A stretch of DNA of 64,000 bases from the NCBI GenBank assembly GCA_964291265.2, contig OZ219747.1:3296001-3360000 (forward strand), given 5' to 3'. This document shows, piece after piece, positions 61,500 to 64,000 of this stretch. The translations under genes and the position numbers were made by a program. Numbering within the stretch: the stretch's first letter is position 1; every line of letters begins with the position of its first letter. Below the pieces are notes generated by a model, which ran no database searches, was not told the origin of the DNA, and saw nothing but the letters and a program-made list of their open reading frames with translations. The DNA is from Alphaproteobacteria bacterium. GTDB taxonomy: Bacteria; Pseudomonadota; Alphaproteobacteria; SP197.

Positions 61500-62834
61500 A
61501 TGTCGGGTTTTGCAACACCTGTCCTGCCCGGACCGACCCGGGATGGCTTCGTCTACCTCGTCGACCCGGGAACCGGAGAGCGCCTCGCAAAGCTGCCTGT
61601 CCTGCGCGGCACCATCGGCCCCGACGTGGTCGACGTGCGCACACTCCATGCCCAGAGCGGCATGTTTTCCTACGATCCCGGCTACATGGCCACGGCGAGC
61701 TGTGAATCCACCATCACCTATGTCGACGGTGACGAGGGCCAATTGCTCTATCGCGGCTATCCCATTGAACAGCTGGCGGAGAAATCCAACTTCCTCGAGG
61801 TCTGCTATCTCATCCTGACCGGCGACCTGCCGGAACGCAAGGCCTTCGAGAAGTTCAACCATGATGTGACCCACCACACCATGCTGCACGAGCAGGTGAG
61901 CTTTCTGTTCCGCGGCTTTCGCAGGGACGCTCATCCCATGGCCCTGATGGTGGGTGTCGTCGGTGCGCTTTCGGCCTTCTACGCGGAGAGCTCCGATGTC
62001 GCGAGCGAAGGCCAGCGCATGATCTCGGCCTACAGGCTTCTCGCCAAGATGCCGACCATTGCGGCCATGGCCTACAAGTGGTCCATCGGCCAACCCTTCA
62101 TGTATCCCATGAACAAGCTGGGTTATGCGGAAAACTTCCTTCACATGATTTTTGCCGTACCGTGCGAGGACTACACGGTCAACCCGGTCCTGGCGCGGGC
62201 CATGGACCTCATCCTCATCCTCCACGCCGATCATGAGCAGAATGCCTCCACGTCAACGGTTCGCCTGACCGGTTCATCGGGCGCCAATCCCTTTGCCAGT
62301 GTCGCATCCGGCATTGCCAGCCTCTGGGGACCTGCACACGGGGGAGCCAACGAGGCCGTGCTTGAGATGCTGGAGGAGATCGGCACATTTGACGGAATCC
62401 CGGAGTTTCTCGAACGGGCGAAGGACCGGGGTGACACGATCCGTCTCATGGGATTCGGGCACCGCGTCTACAAGAACTACGATCCGCGTGCCAGGATCAT
62501 GCGCGAGGCGTGTCATCAGGTCCTCGATGAACTCGACGTGCGTGACGATCCCCATCTCAGGATTGCCATGGAGCTTGAGAGGATCGCTCTGGACGATCCC
62601 TACTTCGTCTCCCGCAACCTCTATCCCAATGTCGATTTCTATTCCGGGATCATTCTCAAGGCGATGGGCATTCCAAGACACCTCTTCACGGCCGTCTTTG
62701 CCGTCGCCCGGACCGTCGGCTGGATCGCACAATGGAACGAGATGCACGTCGACGTGTCGCAGCGGATCGGCCGCCCCCGCCAGATCTACACAGGCAGCCG
62801 GAAGCGCGATTACGTCGACATGGAAGCACGCTGA
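61500..62834 (+). CDS. gltA: Citrate synthase (type II)
   Basis: [43 protein letters not shown]. Confidence 0.97.
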   Translation: MSGFATPVLPGPTRDGFVYLVDPGTGERLAKLPVLRGTIGPDVVDVRTLHAQSGMFSYDPGYMATASCESTITYVDGDEGQLLYRGYPIEQLAEKSNFLEVCYLILTGDLPERKAFEKFNHDVTHHTMLHEQVSFLFRGFRRDAHPMALMVGVVGALSAFYAESSDVASEGQRMISAYRLLAKMPTIAAMAYKWSIGQPFMYPMNKLGYAENFLHMIFAVPCEDYTVNPVLARAMDLILILHADHEQNASTSTVRLTGSSGANPFASVASGIASLWGPAHGGANEAVLEMLEEIGTFDGIPEFLERAKDRGDTIRLMGFGHRVYKNYDPRARIMREACHQVLDELDVRDDPHLRIAMELERIALDDPYFVSRNLYPNVDFYSGIILKAMGIPRHLFTAVFAVARTVGWIAQWNEMHVDVSQRIGRPRQIYTGSRKRDYVDMEAR

Positions 62835-62858
62835 AACTCACGCAGGCGAGAAACGGAC

Positions 62859-63278
62859 ATGAAGTACCTCCACACCATGGTGCGGGTCAGGAATCTCGGA
62901 GAGTCGCTCGATTTCTATTGCCGCAAGCTCGGACTCGTCGAAATCGACCGCCATGAGAACAGCGCCGGACGCTTCACGCTGGTCTTTCTGGGTGCCGAGG
63001 ACAACCCCGAAGCACAGCTCGAACTGACGTGGAACTGGGACGACGAGGAATACACCGGCGGGCGCAATTTTGGCCACCTCGCCTACGAGGTGGATGACAT
63101 TCATGCACTGTGCAGCCGGCTGGCCGAACACCGCGTCACCATCAATCGGCCCCCACGTGACGGCAGGATGGCATTCGTGCGTTCGCCCGATGGCATCTCC
63201 ATCGAACTGTTGCAGAAGGGGGAAGCGCTCGAGCCCTGCGAACCCTGGGTTTCGATGCCGAACACGGGCACGTGGTAG
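62859..63278 (+). CDS. gloA: Lactoylglutathione lyase (glyoxalase I)
   Basis: [31 protein letters not shown]. Confidence 0.9.
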   Translation: MKYLHTMVRVRNLGESLDFYCRKLGLVEIDRHENSAGRFTLVFLGAEDNPEAQLELTWNWDDEEYTGGRNFGHLAYEVDDIHALCSRLAEHRVTINRPPRDGRMAFVRSPDGISIELLQKGEALEPCEPWVSMPNTGTW

Positions 63279-63309
63279 ATAGGCCGCTCCGCTTGAAGGC
63301 GGATTGTGC

Positions 63310-64000
63310 TCAGGCCGTCACCATCCTCAGGATGTAGCGCAGGAAATCGAGGTTTTCCTTTTCCAGCCAGCTCAGTGGTCCGGGTTCGGCGAGCGGCGCC
63401 TGTACGCCCTCCCAGAGGGTTTCGACCACCACGCGGTCTTCCTCGTTGGTGGCGTCGAGGAAGGCCTTTGCCTCCTGAAGCCGGGAGTCCAGATCCTCCC
63501 GGTCAGCCATGACTTCGGGCGCCAATGCCAGACCGTAGCGCACGTCTATCTCACCTGGAGTCCTGGGCTGCAGGCTCAGGTACCACAGGTGATCGGGGGC
63601 AAGGACGAACATGTGGCAGGGAAAGACCGTCCCCAGAATCGAGGTCGAACGCGCCTTGCCCTGCAGTGTGCGGTTCCGGGAATGGGCCGTTCCCACCGGA
63701 GCATCGGAGGTCTTGGCGAACCACTGGAAGGTGAAGGCCTCATCGTCATCGCCAAAACGTGTCTCTTCGATGGGGAAGTACGCACCCACCGTGCGGCGAT
63801 GCGTGACCGGAAGGTGGTAGCCCTCCATGAAGTTCTCCGTGAGAAGCTTCCAGTTCGTCTTCCAGACATGGTCCTGCCTGTCGACCTCGACATAGTCGGC
63901 CGCATGGTAGTCGGCCATCACGCGTTCGAGTCCCGAGAGCCTCCTCCCCGGTGCCGGAAGGCCGGCATCCAGCGTGATGTAGATCCATCCCTGCCAGACC
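63310..64000 (-). CDS. Rieske ring-hydroxylating oxygenase alpha subunit (choline monooxygenase-like), C-terminal part; runs off window end
   Basis: NWKLLTENFMEGYHLPVTH iron motif; NEED...VQ; WQGWIYI at the window edge. Confidence 0.9.
   Translation of the reverse strand, partial: VWQGWIYITLDAGLPAPGRRLSGLERVMADYHAADYVEVDRQDHVWKTNWKLLTENFMEGYHLPVTHRRTVGAYFPIEETRFGDDDEAFTFQWFAKTSDAPVGTAHSRNRTLQGKARSTSILGTVFPCHMFVLAPDHLWYLSLQPRTPGEIDVRYGLALAPEVMADREDLDSRLQEAKAFLDATNEEDRVVVETLWEGVQAPLAEPGPLSWLEKENLDFLRYILRMVTA

Overview
GC-rich alphaproteobacterial chromosome segment; Rhodospirillales-like and host/sponge-symbiont-like by inference from gene content. Bases 1-17.4 kb are an accessory 'IS graveyard'. 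It holds a large serine recombinase element, DUF4338, IS1634, ISKra4, IS91, IS630 and tyrosine-recombinase remnants, an unclassified TIR-less element with a highly structured leader, and secreted repeat-protein genes (two SH3+MORN paralogs, one disrupted ankyrin gene). From 17.5 kb onward is the conserved alphaproteobacterial core: mazG, hflX-hfq-dat-trkA-ntrXY, ispDF-pgpA-cinA, ratA-lipA-lpdA-pdhCBA-ftsB-eno-kdsA-pyrG-secG-tpiA, ppiD-trpEGDC-moaC-moeA-lexA-gltX-gltA-gloA and a partial Rieske oxygenase. Two insertions interrupt the core. The most striking is a 5,650-bp transposase-less composite element (27751-33400): two inverted IS66-type miniature elements bracket a ~1,730-aa fibronectin-III autotransporter with a C10 slippage tract, and a near-perfect 8-bp direct repeat flanks the whole unit. 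The second (~48.0-51.5 kb) carries a PIN/HTH toxin-antitoxin pair between inverted ISKra4 remnants. dusB-ntrBC and comEC are absent from their usual positions. No tRNA, rRNA or CRISPR array was seen. All family names come from motif recognition by eye, not from database searches.
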